From Octopus bimaculoides (lineage: Eukaryota), in NCBI RefSeq assembly GCF_001194135.2, contig NC_068995.1:56698694-56757764 (forward strand): a stretch of DNA of 59,071 nt. The letters run 5' to 3'. The position numbers were made by a program, and so were the translations under genes. The notes below the pieces were generated by a model. It was not told the origin of the DNA and ran no database searches. It saw nothing but the letters and a program-made list of their open reading frames with translations. How positions within the stretch are numbered: position 1 is the stretch's first letter; the number at the start of each line of letters is the position of its first letter. Positions 10,311-22,865 of this stretch are shown piece by piece.

Positions 10311-13300
10311 TTTTATTCCAAGACCTCAAGTTGTCCCAAGCACTGTGGATGGTTGTTTGGGTGAGCATTGGTGCTCCAAGCAGAATCCTTGATTAATTGC
10401 CAACCCAAGTTATTACAGATCAATTTGGGGTAAGTGAAACATGGTTCACGATTGAGCGTGCTATGTGATTCTGGATCAGTGAGGAATGGGATCAGTGACA
10501 AACACTGATATGAGACTAATTATCCTTGCCATTTTAAACAGTGAAATGTGAATTGCCTTAAATGCAGGAATCTTATATCTAAGACATACTTTCACGGAAA
10601 ACCTTCATAATACAAAACAGATCATTTGGGAAATTCATAATATTGCCTAGTTCAATCAAATGCAGTAATCTGGATTTAATAGCTTAGAGAATGGTACTAA
10701 TCTAAGGAGTGTAACTAACAACAACCTGCACAAGAGTTAGGCAGATGAATTATCATTTCAGTAGGAAATAAATAATAAAAAAAATGAATGCATGTTGGGC
10801 TAATAATGGGTCAACACAGAACATTACAATGGCTGGCTGCTTGCAGATCATTGATTGATCAAACTGACTGAGATTATTCAAGAACAATATTTCCATAAAA
10901 TCAGATTTATTTTTAATGTCATCTCATCAATCTCTTCAACTTTACACTTAAATTGTCTAAACTTATGATAAGCTGAATCTGAAAAGATTAAATATGATTG
11001 TAAACATTAATAAAAAATAAAATAAAATAAAATAAAGTAAAACCTTAGTAAAGCAGCTTTTATTTATATATCTCAACATTGAATATTGTCTAAATACTCG
11101 AGTTTGACAAATTCTTCCGAAATCTTGTATTACTTTTTGCAAATAAAAACAGTTTATATTTTCATCAGAAAATCTCCTACAGACATGACAAATAATTGAT
11201 TGTCTGGATTATAAAAACGAGGATGATTAAACAAGAATGGAACACTTTCAGCAAACTTAACCCAAAGGAATAAACTATAATACTTATTCCGTTTTGCATT
11301 CCTTTATATTTCCAGATGTATTTCATTACTAATGTATCTCTCCCTTAATCCCCTTTTTTTTTTACTTTCTGATTAGCTAAACATTTTAGTCAACTTCTTA
11401 TTCTTTAGGAATGGTAGTCTTTATGACATAATCACATCTCTGCTCAGTTATTCATAATCAGAGAAGGCACAGAAGAAGGTAAAAAAAAACAAATGATAAC
11501 ACTAATTCTAATAACAATGATGATGATGATGATGATAATAATAATAACAAGAAGAAGAACAAGAACAGCAAGAAGAAGAATAGGAGGAGGAGGGGAGGAG
11601 AAGAAGAAGAAGAAAGCTTTTCTAAAGCTCTTGCTAGACTTCTTTTCCTTCTGATAAGCAAGCCAAGTCAAGCATTGAAATTAATTACCCATGTCAGTTT
11701 AAACAGCTGAATGGTTACAATGTTGGTGGAGTCATTAATGTAAGAATTTGATTTCACATAAATATTTCAGCAAACTTTCCATCTTGGCTATTATTGACTT
11801 TTATTAAGGATTCTTCCTTTCATTTTAATTAAATAGCAGTTTACTTGTGAATGAAAAACTGACTTTACACATTTCTAAACTACAGTTGAGTTTCAAATGT
11901 TATTAGGGGGAAATAAATTCAATGTTTCACTAATTATTTACACTCGTTTAAAATTAAATTGACTTTTCTCAGGGAACAGACGGTGAGATGATGTAAAATT
12001 TTGTTATGTTGACTAGGAAAAATTAAATTACACACACACAAAAAAAAAAAAAGGACAAAACAGAAAATCAAAATGAAACAATACAAAGATTAGAAGAAAA
12101 TGATGTTCACAAACACACAAATATAACATTTCCAAAGTAAATTCTGTAGACATAACTGTTAGATTTTGTTTTCTTTTCTATTATGTATATTTTCTTTACA
12201 GAAATGCACTTCTAAATGAAAATGCACCAAAACATAATCAACATTATAAACCAAATAAGGACACACACACACAAACTCAACCCAAAACAGCAAAGCAATA
12301 ATAATAATGATGCAAAACCTGTTTAAGCGTTTTAGGAATGAACTCTAATTAGCAATGAGTTAGTTCATTAAAACTAAATATTTTTGAAGTTTGATAATTC
12401 ATGGCTAGATTGTCGAAAATGTTTTAGAGATATACACATAACCCCCCCCCCCNNNNNNNNNNNNNNNNNNNNNNNNNNNNACACACACACACCCATATTT
12501 GATACATTTCTATCAAATAAACCCACATTAGTCATTTGATAAACTGCAAGCCTCTAGGCCAAAAAAGTGTTTTGTTTACAAACCCTCAGTAATACACCAG
12601 TGCAGTAATTTCCAAATTGGGGTCTTACAGACTGCAGGGGCTCCATGAACTGTGTTGTGATGTTTTCTTTGTTCTATATCCAATCATTTGATTGTGTTTA
12701 TTTTATATATTAATAAATGCAGGCAATGCCAGCTACAGCAGCCTATATGTATACACACACACACACACACACAGACACAGACACCCACAGACGGACAGAC
12801 ACAACATATATGTATATTACTCATACACACACACCCTTCAACTGAAACACAAGGACATCTTGGTGAGCTTCCATATGTGTGTGTGTGTGTGTGTGTGAAT
12901 ACATACAGTTCTTGGGTTCTACCAGTAAATTAAATGTCTACTGAAATTTAGTTCTATATGAATATTCATGCTGTTGAAAACATTCACAGGTTCAGTTAAA
13001 TATGATGAACTTAGTTCAGAATTTTCTGTTTCATGAACAAAACTATGGCTGCAATGGGTGGGAAGGTGAAACTTTCACCCCGATCTGTAAACTGAAATTA
13101 ATATTTCTTAAATTAGTAGAACTCAACTTTAAAAGGGAGCAGATGGAATGCTGCTAAAATAGTTAAAAATGCTAACAGTAAATTCTATTTTATTTTGAGC
13201 AAAATTTCATTTAACTCTGACTAAATTTACTTTAAAAACATCTGGGCTTCTCACAACTACAGTTTTCTAAAAATACTACCATTACAATTAAATTTTTCTA

Positions 13301-13724
13301 ATGAAAAATGATTTTTCTTCTCTTTATTTTTTTGATCACAAAATTTTAATTTTTACCATATTTTAAATATATAAATAAATGAATAAATAAAACAGAGGAA
13401 AAACATGAAACTGAATGTCCAGTCACCATTCTCATGTACACAGCCAGCTTATAACAGGTATATGCCACAAGAAAACAGTATTGTTAAAAAGTTTGACAAT
13501 AAGCTAATCTTGCACAGAATATATTAAGATTAATATATAAAAAAGGAAAACAAATTAAATAACAAATATTGAACCAAAATAGAAGCTAACAGAAGAGTAA
13601 TGAGAAAATTTAGCATTGATTCATGTTTTACATGTGTCAAGATAACTTAGGTAAGCAGTTTACAAGTTTACATAAACACCTGCTCTACTTCAAAGAAATA
13701 CATTTTTGCAGCTACTATGTATAA

Positions 13725-13935
13725 ATATGTGTGTGTGTCTTTGCATAACCCCCCACCCCATCGATTGACAACTGGTGTTGGTTTATTTATATCCCCATAA
13801 CTGAACAGTTCAGAAACAGAGATCAAGAGAATAAGTACCAGACTTAAAAAAACATAACTACTGGGGTTTATTTTTAAATACTTCAAGGTGGTGCTCCAGC
13901 ATGGCTGCAGTCTAATGACAGAAAGAAGTAGAAGA
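13725..13935 (+). mobile_element. SINE family A, 3' half
   Basis: ttgacaactggtgttggtttatttatatccccataact...gaataagtaccagactt...ggtggtgctccagcatggctgcagtc. Confidence 0.75.
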
Positions 13936-14403
13936 TGAAAGACAAAGCAGATAAAACTCAAAATACCAAAAAAAAAAACATGCCTTCCGTTATGCATGAT
14001 TTTGAGCCTTTCTTCCATTTAAAAACCAGGAAAACAATCAGAAAATCTATAAATTGAAGGCAAAACAAAATCACAAACAAAAAAGTTAAGAAGTGAAGGA
14101 ATTATTGTAGTGATCAACGTCTACGACTCCTCAAACCAACACTTTCCAATCTCCAGAATATGAAACTGTGAGACATTATTATAGTAATTTAAAAAGTCAA
14201 TGAAAGGTAACAACACTGATACACACCTTTCTCTGCAGCCCATGGAAAAAAAAAAAAGAAAAAACAGAAGATACTTGTGGCTGACATTACCATTGATGCA
14301 TTCAGCTTGCAATATGAATGCAGATTACAATCAATCACCATAATATATGCAAATCGTACACAACCAATACATGACTGTAAATAAATAAATAAATAAATAA
14401 TGT

Positions 14404-15140
14404 TTTTTTTTATTTTTAAATCATTTTGTCTGAATAAAGCTTGAGGCGCGACTGTAGTGTAAAGGACTACAAAGAAATAAGAACAGGCAGCAACCGATTC
14501 TAAAGATGTGACAAAATGCTTAAAGGACTAAAGAGCATAGTCAAGAGGAAAACAAGATAACGGTAGCGGGTTCCAGAGAACAGCAGTTTGAGGAGAGAAG
14601 CTCTTGAAATAAAAGGGTTTATGACTAACAGGAAGCTGAACAGAAAGACAATGTACCTGGGAAGAGAAACGAGTGACATGATTAACCCTATGGCGTTCAG
14701 ATTACTCTGTCAAATGCTGTGCTTATTTATTCACATTGTTTCCAATTAATCATGCCTCATCTCACAGCTTCAAGATTGTGATGATGTGATTGTTTATATT
14801 TCAAATGACATTGTAGGGCAGGTGTAAGAGGCTGGATATGGTTGGTTTGAACATAAAGCAGATAGAAGATTTGGGCCAGATGTGGTCAGTTTAAATGACA
14901 AAAGGTCAAAGATCTTGACCGAGAGTACTAGACCAGAAAGTTTGTCAGGGCAATGACCATGGAAATACTTATAAAGAGACAACAAAGACACAAGGATGAG
15001 GATGAGTCAAAGATTCCAACTCGGAAGAAAGGAGGAGACCCACCATGTTAACAATTTGCTTCTGAACTGGATCAAACAAATTAGGATATTCAGAGAACTT
15101 TATTGGAATGGTCACCAGCAAAGTGAAATTTGTTCAGTTT
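14404..15140 (-). mobile_element. CR1/L2-type LINE 3' fragment, interrupted by a MITE
   Basis: Minus-strand peptides LFDPVQKQIVNMVG, SLLSLYKYFHGHCPDKLSGLV and FYFKSFSPQTAVLWNPLPLSCFP..Y...SFK match CR1-type ORF2 C-terminal motifs. There is an A-rich tail at about 14404-14419. Confidence 0.8.
14686..14905 (+). mobile_element. TTAA-type (piggyBac-like) MITE nested in the CR1 fragment
   Basis: TTAA (14682-14685)|ccctatggcgttcag...aaatgacaaaagg|TCAA (14906-14909). Confidence 0.8.
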
Positions 15141-16577
15141 CTATGCATTTTCAATCATCCTAAAGCAATCAATTGTAATCCTTTATCTCAAAACAAAGAT
15201 GTACTTAGTGCAGTGTGCAGATAAATACCAGCATTAACACAAACACATCTGCACACGTTTTAAAATATTTATATTATTGTAATTAAAAGAAGAAAAAAAG
15301 CAATATAAAATAATACTATGACTATCAGAAAGAGAAATAAAGGAACAGAAATTGTAAATTATCATTTGAGAAATTTAAACTGTTGTAAAATTTACAAATA
15401 TTTACTTAAACCCCTCCCCCACCCACCATATATTGATGGTCATTGAATGTGAGGTGATAGGCTTCTTCTTTCATGAGTTTCACAATATTTTTACAAAATA
15501 ATCAGTTAAAATACATCACACACACACACACACACATATATATAAAGGAAGTGAAAAACCATTAAACTTATGTTCAAATTAGCCAAATTAATGGTCTATT
15601 TCATAACTTCCACTTAGTGCTGATTAATTTCTAGTGAAGAAACACCAATGATAAAAGCTTTGTCAAAATTAATCAACAGAGGTATGTCTATGGACAGTCT
15701 CTCAGCTTCACAGCTCTTGCTGCTTGCTATTCAGAACAGCATCACCCTTCCTTCAACAATAATCTCTAATTAGCTAATATCAGCCTTTGAACTGCTTTAG
15801 TTTTCTGTTTACTATTTCAACATCACAACACAATAACACAGGCACAATTCAGCTAGTTACAATACACTTGGATCTTACTGAAAAAAAAAAAAAAATACAG
15901 AATTTTTTTTTTTTTCTATTTTGTTCTTCCATTTTATTTTACTATGTAAAAGAGAGAGAAAAAAATAGCATTTTTGAAGAGAATGTCAAGTATAAGAAAA
16001 GAAATTAAATGGAATGAAATAAAAATAATTTGATTTAAACAGTCTCAAAGAGTTACATAGAGAATTTTGCCGTAGGTTGTTGAGAATCAATTTGGCCTTA
16101 TTCATAAAGTACAACAAGCAAACTAAGTTCTCAGCGGAACCTTAGTGTGTGACATATTACTTTATTGTATGAAAGAAAAACTTAATACTGTCCACTTCAA
16201 CAAGTTTTGTTGTCCTTGAATACAAGCACAAACATAAGGAAAAACATGTGCATTGTACTTGGAAAATTTGATAGCATTGTTGATATTATAAAAATAACTG
16301 GTTTTCTTAATTGCCCAATTAGTAACACTTTTTTTTACCACCATAATGATACCAACTTGTAATGTTAATAAAGGGTTCATTATTAAGACATAAATAGCAT
16401 TGAATACTTTCAATAAGACTACAAATAAAAACTCAACAATCATTAACAGAACTGAAAGTAACAATAAATGAAACTTAATAATCATATTATTGTCTCTAAT
16501 TATTAAGAATTATACATCTTAATATATTAGTCTGAAATGAATGCATTCAACTTTACAAAGGAGTATCTGGGAGTATA

Positions 16578-16925
16578 GAGGTGCAGGCATGGCCGAGTGG
16601 TTAGAAACTATGCTTTGTAACCATGTGGTGTTGGGTTGAACCCCACTACAGGTCATATTAGGCAAATGTCATCTATTATAGCCCTGGCCTGACCAATGCC
16701 TTGTGAGTGAATTTGGTAGATAGAAACTACCTGGAAGCCTGTCATGTATGTGTGTTTGTCCCTATCACCATTTGACAATTGGGCATTGGTTTGTTTATAA
16801 CTTAACAGCTATAAGTAGCACACTTTACAAAAAAAGTGTTGGGGTTAATTTGTTCAATCAAATCACTCAGAGTGGTGCTCCAGCATGGCCGCAATCCAAA
16901 GACAGAAAGAAACAAAAGAAGTGGG
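16578..16925 (+). mobile_element. SINE family A, full length
   Basis: A-box-like ggcatggccgagtggttag, B-box-like gggttgaacccc, core gaccaatgccttgtgagtgaatttggtagatagaaact, 3' ggtgctccagcatggccgc. Confidence 0.85.
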
Positions 16926-17914
16926 TAAATAGTTCCTCTACAACAGCATTATAGACACACATTCAAACATACACAAAGCAACTGCATATGACAGTGTAGA
17001 TGTGTGCAAATGTTAAGAATATGGTTATTAATGGAGAATGAAAAATGTGTATCCATGAGCTTCCATATTACATTAACAACACTCTTCCAACAGAGTGACC
17101 TTCTAACATTGGTTAAACATACCTTGTTTATACCTTTTCCTACAGGTGTAAATCTATAGCTCAACTCGTATAAGGTTTCTTAAATTGCATATTGTCTGCA
17201 TTAATCAATTCTAATGTTTTTTTGTTTTTTGTTATTTTATTTCATTTGTTAGGGTTCCAGATTATTCCTGACAAACTATTTTGTCCTTACAGCTGTAGAA
17301 TGGCTTCATGGCTTCCTATTCAACCAATAACAGTTGCTGCACCCTAAAATATAGAAATCTTTCTGGTGTCACCGAGAAACAAGGAATGCATTTTAATTTT
17401 ATAAGGAGTTCTGGCGATCTAATAAAGATAATGTTATTTAGTTATTATATTTAGATGTTTTTTATTCATCAACAAAAGCTAAAAGCAAAATAAAAAAAAA
17501 AAACAAAAGAAATTAAATCAAAAAAGTAGGAATGACCTTCACAGTTTATAGAGCTTCTTAATAAAAGTTTCACCAAAATTTGGTAATAAAAAGATCCTGT
17601 CATGGAAAATATTAGAGTGCTAGAAAAAAAAGTTATAAAGATATCCACAACTTAACTTTCGCTTTGCATTGTTTTAATAATGTGTTTTTGCATCAACAAA
17701 CACAACATAAAAATTACCATATATCAATATGTATGTGTGTGAGTGCATACATGTGTACGCACGTGTGTGTGTGTGTGTGTGTGTGAGTGTGTGTATAGAT
17801 AGATAGATAAAAGAAAGTGACTGAGAAATACATGCAATGTCATTTTGTATACACATATGCAGTAATGTATGCATATGTGTATGTTGTGTGCATGTCAACA
17901 TCCTCATTATTTAG

Positions 17915-18150
17915 TGTCCACTTGTTCATGGTTCCATGGGTTGGACGGAATTTAGTGATGCAGATTTTCTGAGGCTAGGTGCCCTTCCTATCACGAACCC
18001 TCAACTGTTTCTAAGCAAGGTAATATCTTCCCCATAACAAAACAGGTTTTACATGGAAGATAGGAAATAAACAACTGAGTTTATATGATGCAGATACTCA
18101 TTGACAACCATCATATGATGTGTAGACAATGGAACACACAAGCATATACA
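17915..18150 (-). mobile_element. RTE-tail-derived repeat
   Basis: catggttccatgggttggacgg...gtgcccttcctatcacgaaccctc is the reverse complement of the RTE 3' tail seen at 1131-1358. Confidence 0.65.
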
Positions 18151-18439
18151 CATGCATGCACAAAGGCTTCTTTCAGTTTCCATTAACCAAATCCACTCTC
18201 AAGGCTTTGGTTGCCCAAGCTGCAGTGAACCTGAACGCAATACTACATGATTGGGAAGCAAGCTTCTGAACTACATCTATAATTGTTCTTTCATACTTCC
18301 ATTCCTTTTCACATCCATTTTACCATACTAGTATGGGTTAGATGAAGTTTATTGAGGCAGATTTATAATTATGGTCAGAAGCTCTTCCTGTCCTCAACCC
18401 TTTTTCATGTAGGGCACTTATTTACCTTTTATTTTTTAC

Positions 18440-18800
18440 ATGTTTCAATCACTGGACTGTAGCCATACAGGGGCACTTGCCTTGAAGGGTTTAGCTGAAT
18501 AAATCAGCCCCAGGACATTTTGTTTTTCTTTAAGTCTGTGGCTTATTCAACCACTAAGTTACAGAAAGGAAAACAGATCGACACCAGTTGCCAAATGGTG
18601 GTAGTAGCGCAAACACATGCACAAAAGTATAAACACAGAGACACACATATATATGATGGGTTCCTACACAGTTTCTGCCAACCATATTCACTTAAAGCCA
18701 CTGGAGGGCCAGGAGCTATAGCAGAAGACACTTGCTGAAGGTACAGAGCAGTGGAACTGAACCCAGAACTACATAGTTGCAAAGCAAACTCCTTCACTGC
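18440..18800 (-). mobile_element. SINE family A
   Basis: ggactgtagccatacagggg...aaccactaagttac...gaagacacttgctgaagg...gtggaactgaacccagaactacatagttgcaaagcaaact. Confidence 0.75.
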
Positions 18801-19591
18801 TCACGTTTTCCATTTCTTTCACATTCCACTGGTCATTGCAAGTTGGAACGATGCAACTCTTTAGTTACCAAGTTAATGGGATTGCATGGAAGAGCATTCA
18901 CACACACACACACACACACACTCTAATGCAGAATCTGATTTCATATTTGCTGGGGTGGGTGTTAATGGGAGTAATGAATAGGGTAATATAAAGCTCACCA
19001 ATAATCAAGAAACAATTGGGAAATTAGTCATTGTAATTGGTTGATAATCATCATTTGTAACAAAGTAAGCAAAGACATAGGGAAAATAATGACTAGATTT
19101 GATGCTCTTCACATTANNNNNNNNNNNNNNNNNNNNNNNNNNNNNNNNNNNNNNNNNNNNNNNNNNNNNNNNNNNNNNNNNNNNNNNNNNNNNNNNNNNN
19201 NNNNNNNNNNNNNNNNNNNNNNNNNNNNNNNNNNNNNNNNNNNNNNNNNNNNNNNNNNNNNNNNNNNNNNNNNNNNNNNNNNNNNNNNNNNNNNNNNNNN
19301 NNNNNNNNNNNNNNNNNNNNNNNNNNNNNNNNNNNNNNNNNNNNNNNNNNNNNNNNNNNNNNNNNNNNNNNNNNNNNNNNNNNNNNNNNNNNNNNNNNNN
19401 NNNNNNNNNNNNNNNNNNNNNNNNNNNNNNNNNNNNNNNNNNNNNNNNNNNNNNNNNNNNNNNNNNNNNNNNNNNNNNNNNNNNNNNNNNNNNNNNNNNN
19501 NNNNNNNNNNNNNNNNNNNNNNNNNNNNNNNNNNNNNNNNNNNNNNNNNNNNNNNNNNNNNNNNNNNNNNNNNNNNNNNNNNNNNNNNNNN

Positions 19592-19623
<32 letters not shown>

Positions 19624-20673
19624 CATACACACATACACACATATAAATATATGTGTGTATGTGTGTGTGCTTGTCTGTCTCCCACATACACAGCTTGATA
19701 ACTAGCATTGGTTTGTTTATGGCCTTGTAACATAATGATTCAGCAAAAGAGAACAATAGAATAAGAGAAAAAAAAAAGGACTAGGGGGCTGAAACCCCCT
19801 AAAAATAAAAAAATAAATACTAGGGTAGAACTGTTTGACAAAAACCCTCAAGACAGAGCCATAGCATGACTGCAATCCAATGAGTGAAACAAGTAAACAG
19901 TAACAGAATAATAGTATAAAACCAATAGGAAATATTACAAGACAGCTTTCTTTTTGCCATCACTATTTCAAAAATGTATCTTTATAGAAGTTGATATCTG
20001 TACCGGAAGTTTTGTCTAAACTTGTTGCTGAGTTTCAAGGAAGAAAACTAACAACTGCATCAATTTTGTATTTTATATATTTCACTATTACCTTAATTAG
20101 ATTTCCTGATATCTGCCATATGCCAATGGACACCAAATATTTATCTCAGATGTATTCAGGGCAATCACTGACTTAACTGGAAGTTCTATAACTGAGCTTC
20201 CAGGACCAATCTATAAGCCAAAGGCAAAAATATTGTCCATTGCTTTTGAATAATGTTTCCTCGAGGTGAAAAGCTTACAATGTATTGTTAGCTGATATTT
20301 AAAGGGGACTTATTTTGTTAGAACTACAAAGAGTACAGATAGTCGCTAAAATTCTATAATAGTAAATGGTGAACAGCATCAGTTAGTTATTTGAATGTCG
20401 GTGAGAGTAATGAATGACAAGCCATTGATGCCATTACAATCACATAACACAAGTTAAGTTAGAATATTATTGGATTACTAATTACTTTATTGATTAGCAA
20501 ATTGGAATATAGAGGAGCCGAGTCTTTTGTAAAGGTAACTTATATGACAGACGATAAGTATCATTTTTAATAGGCATTAATTGTGGAGGATATCTACATG
20601 AGGACAGAGTAGAAGGATGAAAATGTGAAAATAAATAAAATACTTGAACTAAATGCAGTGTGTGTGTGTATGC

Positions 20674-20676
<3 letters not shown>

Positions 20677-20750
<74 letters not shown>
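20677..20750. repeat. (TA)n microsatellite
   Basis: Read directly from the sequence. Confidence 0.95.
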
Positions 20751-20753
<3 letters not shown>

Positions 20754-20935
20754 AGAATTCATAAAAAAACAAAAGACGAAGACAGGTGGTGTAGACAACA
20801 AACAGATGTATTAGTTTAACGCTCAGGGAGTGAAAAAGTCTTTAACGTTTCGAGCCTATGCTCTTCCACAGAAAGGAACACAGAAAGGAACACAGAAAGA
20901 ATATAAAGAATGTGTAGTGGCTAGTGATCTCATAC
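20751..20935 (-). mobile_element. Penelope-like element terminal fragment abutting (TA)n
   Basis: Minus strand ctttctgtggaagagcataggctcgaaacgttaaagac carries the ctgNNga...cgaaacg signature seen in Penelope-like pseudo-LTRs and runs into a TA microsatellite. Confidence 0.6.
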
Positions 20936-20954
20936 ACATTTGTTTCTGTTATAG

Positions 20955-21305
20955 AACTACTACCATGCTGAGGCACCATCTTAGAGGGTTTTGTGGAACA
21001 AATTGACACCATTTTTTAAAGTTGGGTATTTACTTTATTGTTTAATTGGTATCTTTTGCTGAACTGCTAAGTTATTGGGATACAAACAAACCAACACCAG
21101 TTGCCAAGAGGCGGGGGACATACACACACACACACAAACACAGATATATGACAGGTTTCTTTCAGTTGTGTCTATCAAATCCACTCATAAGATTTTAGTT
21201 GGCCCGAGGCTATAGTAGAAGGTACTTGCTATAGATGTCATGCAATGGGATTGAACGAGGAACCATGTGGTTGGGAAACAAGCTTCCTACCACAGTGCCA
21301 CACTC
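20955..21305 (-). mobile_element. SINE family A
   Basis: gctgaactgctaagttattggg...ttctttcagttgtgtctatcaaatccactcataag...ggaaccatgtggttgggaaacaagcttcctaccac. Confidence 0.8.
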
Positions 21306-21968
21306 GCATCTACAACACTAATATAATTCAATGTAGCCACTATAAAGTAACATTAACTTAAAACTGTCCTATCCAAAACATACACCACTTTGAAATTAGA
21401 AGTATTAAGAATTGAAGATTTTGAGGAAAGCATTAAATAAATAGAGCCAAAAATGCCAATGTAACTGCGGACAGTAAAATTATTAAGAATTATAAAGAGA
21501 AGATAATCACTCAGGCTTAATTAATGAATCTCAGCATGGTAGCTTATATTTGAGTCCATTTTAATTACTGACACTTTGGGCTAACTAATTAGAAAGATAT
21601 TACTACAACCTCAGCCAGCAGAAAGAGAAGCTTTTAAGAGACATAGCAATTACTATAATAAAGTTAACAAAAAGTCAACACCCCTACTACCGTATTTAAA
21701 TTGAAGATTTAAAAGAAAATTTAATGATTAATAAAGACAAAAGCAACCAATATAAAAAAAAGTTAAGGGCAACACCCAACATTAAAGCAACAATGACTGG
21801 AGAAACAAAAGCAAAGAGAGTAAATAGGAAACAACTAATTAGGTTATAATAAGATATGACAGTGATTGATATGAGAAATAATGAAAACAATGAGCTTTCG
21901 AAACATATTTCGCTTGGTTCCTTTGTTGTTGTTTTTTTTCTTACCAAAAAAAAAAAAATCACAGGTAA

Positions 21969-21999
<31 letters not shown>

Positions 22000-22268
22000 A
22001 GCAATGCACCTTAGAAAAGACTCTTTCTTTCCCACCCACAAAATCTCTCTCACTTTCTCTCTCTCTCTCTCTCTGCTTATCCCCCCCCCCTGTGTAACCC
22101 ACCATCATTATTTCTTACTCTGTCTCTTTCTTATGCGACTAATCTGTATCATTCTCTAATTATGTTCCTTTTCATCTTTCTCTCTGTTTTTCTTTTCATC
22201 TTTCTTTCCAGAGCAACATCTCTTATTCATTCTCATCATCTCTAGATCTGTTTATTTCAATAAATAAT

Positions 22269-22299
<31 letters not shown>

Positions 22300-22714
22300 T
22301 GAGTAATGTCGCTAATTCTCAGCTAATAAAACATTTGCAACTAAATGGTGATGAGGAAAGCAATGATGATAATGATGACAATTATGATTTCTTATGATGA
22401 TGATGATAAACAATGTTACTTTTGAAGAGAAAGAGTATTCTCAATCAAATCAGCCCTAATACATACCTGGTACTTATTCTCATCATCTACATCATCTACT
22501 AAGATGATGTAGTAAATTGGATCGGAAGATGGTTTCAAACTCCTCAGTTATTATTCTTATTCTTACAGACAGTGAGTGGTTGTTGTGATGTACACTAGGC
22601 CACATGGGATCTGAAATTTTGCAGAGTAGTATAGAATAGAGGAGATTCTAGGAGAAAAAAAAATTATTTTTTAGAAGAGTGCTGGTCTCTCTAAAACTTG
22701 TGAAAAACTTTGTT

Positions 22715-22865
22715 CAATTCCTGTCAACGAAATCCACTGACGTTGCTTTAGTTGCTGCAGGATTATGGGCAGAAGACACAAACACAAAATGCTATGAAGC
22801 AGGACTGAACCTGAAACCATTTGGTTGGAAAGTTGTCTTAATACCTAGCCACACCTGTGCCTCAG
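22715..22865 (-). mobile_element. SINE family A, 5' half
   Basis: aaatccactgacg...gcagaagacac...ggactgaacctgaaaccatttggttggaaag...gccacacctgtgcct. Confidence 0.65.

Noticed and set aside
13065-13079. Palindrome ggtgaaa-c-tttcacc (similar short stems at 5222-5240, 40072-40108 and 47669-47694)
   Set aside because: Stems of 7-9 bp are expected by chance in 59 kb, and there is no supporting context.
16586-16660. tRNA-like A/B boxes (also at 45479, 51713 and 52073)
   Set aside because: They are SINE heads continuing into SINE bodies and do not form a cloverleaf, so they are not tRNA genes.
17291-17343. In-frame TGA read as selenocysteine in the 53-nt candidate exon
   Set aside because: No selenoprotein-like motif and no identifiable SECIS; stops occur in all frames.
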